A stretch of 64,000 nt of DNA from Acidimicrobiales bacterium (GTDB taxonomy: Bacteria > Actinomycetota > Acidimicrobiia > Acidimicrobiales > Aldehydirespiratoraceae): assembly GCA_965116195.1 (NCBI GenBank), contig OZ220491.1:3005432-3069431 (forward strand), given 5' to 3'. Position 1 is the stretch's first letter. Each line of letters begins with the position of its first letter. Below the pieces are notes generated by a model, which worked only from the letters and a program-made list of their open reading frames with translations, did not search any database and was not told the DNA's origin. The position numbers were made by a program, and so were the translations under genes. This document shows positions 63,384 through 64,000 of this stretch, piece by piece.

Positions 63384-64000
63384 ATGGAAGATGATTCCGG
63401 CGTGCCTTCATCGCGGGGTCGTGGTCGTCCGACCCACCGTGAGGTCTACGAGCGGCTCCAAGTCCAGGTTGCTGAACTCAGGGATCGCATGGGTGGACTG
63501 CCGCTTCCAGAGGAGGCTGAGGGTATCTGGCGTTCCATCTGGTATGAGGAGGCGCACCACTCCACAGCGCTGGAGGGCAACACTCTCGTCCTCAAACAGG
63601 TTCAGCAGCTACTTGATGAGGGTAGAGCCGTTGGTGACAAGGAACTGCGCGAGTACATGGAAGTACAGGGTTACGCCGATGCCGCCGAGTGGATCTACCA
63701 GCAGGCGATCCATCCACAGGGGCTTTCGGGGCACGTCAAGATACTCAGCATCACCGAGGTACGTGAAATCCATGGTGTGGCGATTACGCCGGTGTGGAAT
63801 GTGGCTCCGCATCCAGACGCGACCGACCAGGAAGCTCCCGATAACTATCGCCGTCACGACATTTACCCGTTTGGTGGTGGCATGATGCCTCCGCCGTGGC
63901 CGCAGGTACCCAGCGACCTTGACACCTGGGAACAAGAGGTCAACTCCCTGGACGGGGATGCTGTCGTGTCCCCCCAGGCACTGGCCGCAGTTCACTGTCG
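63384..64000 (+). CDS. Fic/DOC-family protein, 5' part (runs off the window end)
   Basis: This frame is not in the supplied ORF track because it has no stop. My hand translation is open from ATG 63384 to position 64000. It contains HHSTALEGNTL (a Fic N-terminal (S/T)xxxE(G/N) inhibitory-type motif) and YRRHDIYPFGGG. The HPFxxGNGR core would lie beyond the window. Confidence 0.7.
   Translation, partial: MEDDSGVPSSRGRGRPTHREVYERLQVQVAELRDRMGGLPLPEEAEGIWRSIWYEEAHHSTALEGNTLVLKQVQQLLDEGRAVGDKELREYMEVQGYADAAEWIYQQAIHPQGLSGHVKILSITEVREIHGVAITPVWNVAPHPDATDQEAPDNYRRHDIYPFGGGMMPPPWPQVPSDLDTWEQEVNSLDGDAVVSPQALAAVHC

Noticed and set aside
63391-63885. The 164-aa track ORF as the gene in this region
   Set aside because: It is in the wrong frame and has an Arg/Ser/Val-rich composition. 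The Fic-like frame starting at 63384 is the coding one.

Overview
High-GC (by eye roughly 63-67%) bacterial chromosome segment that looks actinobacterial: frequent GTG/TTG starts, LVAAAC lipoboxes, Mrp/ErpA and SelA/SelB. The taxon is inference only.

Backbone genes, in order:
- selB-selA, then fxsA.
- Fe-S carrier genes mrp and erpA, then a CoxS-like 2Fe-2S/MoCo-domain fusion.
- An amidase + Liv/amide-type ABC importer + acyl-CoA ligase + acyl-CoA dehydrogenase cluster.
- ArsR + an SRPBCC-AmiC-like fusion.
- An unusual NarL-type two-component locus.
- Amidohydrolase and OsmC.
- A phosphosugar-mutase-DeoC fusion.
- GntR, two MFS genes, aldehyde dehydrogenase, family-5 SBP, PanE, an acyl-CoA synthetase and a DppBCDF-type ABC operon.
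- GlcG, SDR, MazEF and an EtfB-EtfA fusion.

Three visibly AT-richer accessory islands:
1. ~4.2-6.5 kb: a HindIII-family type II R-M system.
2. ~29.65-34.8 kb: a single-polypeptide nuclease-methylase-TRD (type IIG-like) enzyme, an orphan HTH antitoxin-like gene, and decayed genes (crotonase, IS30 transposase, RCC1, DUF3467, and an internally deleted copy of the deoC end).
3. ~60.0 kb to the window end: an AlbA_2/Schlafen-like ATPase + ParA-like ATPase operon plus a Fic gene that runs off the window.

I found no rRNA, tRNA (including selC) or cas genes.

Most notable observations:
- A kinase pair with complementary defects around one response regulator.
- A mutase-DeoC Rosetta-stone fusion carrying large low-complexity inserts.
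- The AlbA_2/ParA-like/Fic island as a candidate defence or maintenance module.
- A window-wide habit of tandem duplications seeded at gene starts and stops, with repeat-built linkers that fuse neighbouring genes or expand proteins.

All family calls come from motif reading and memory, with no database searches.
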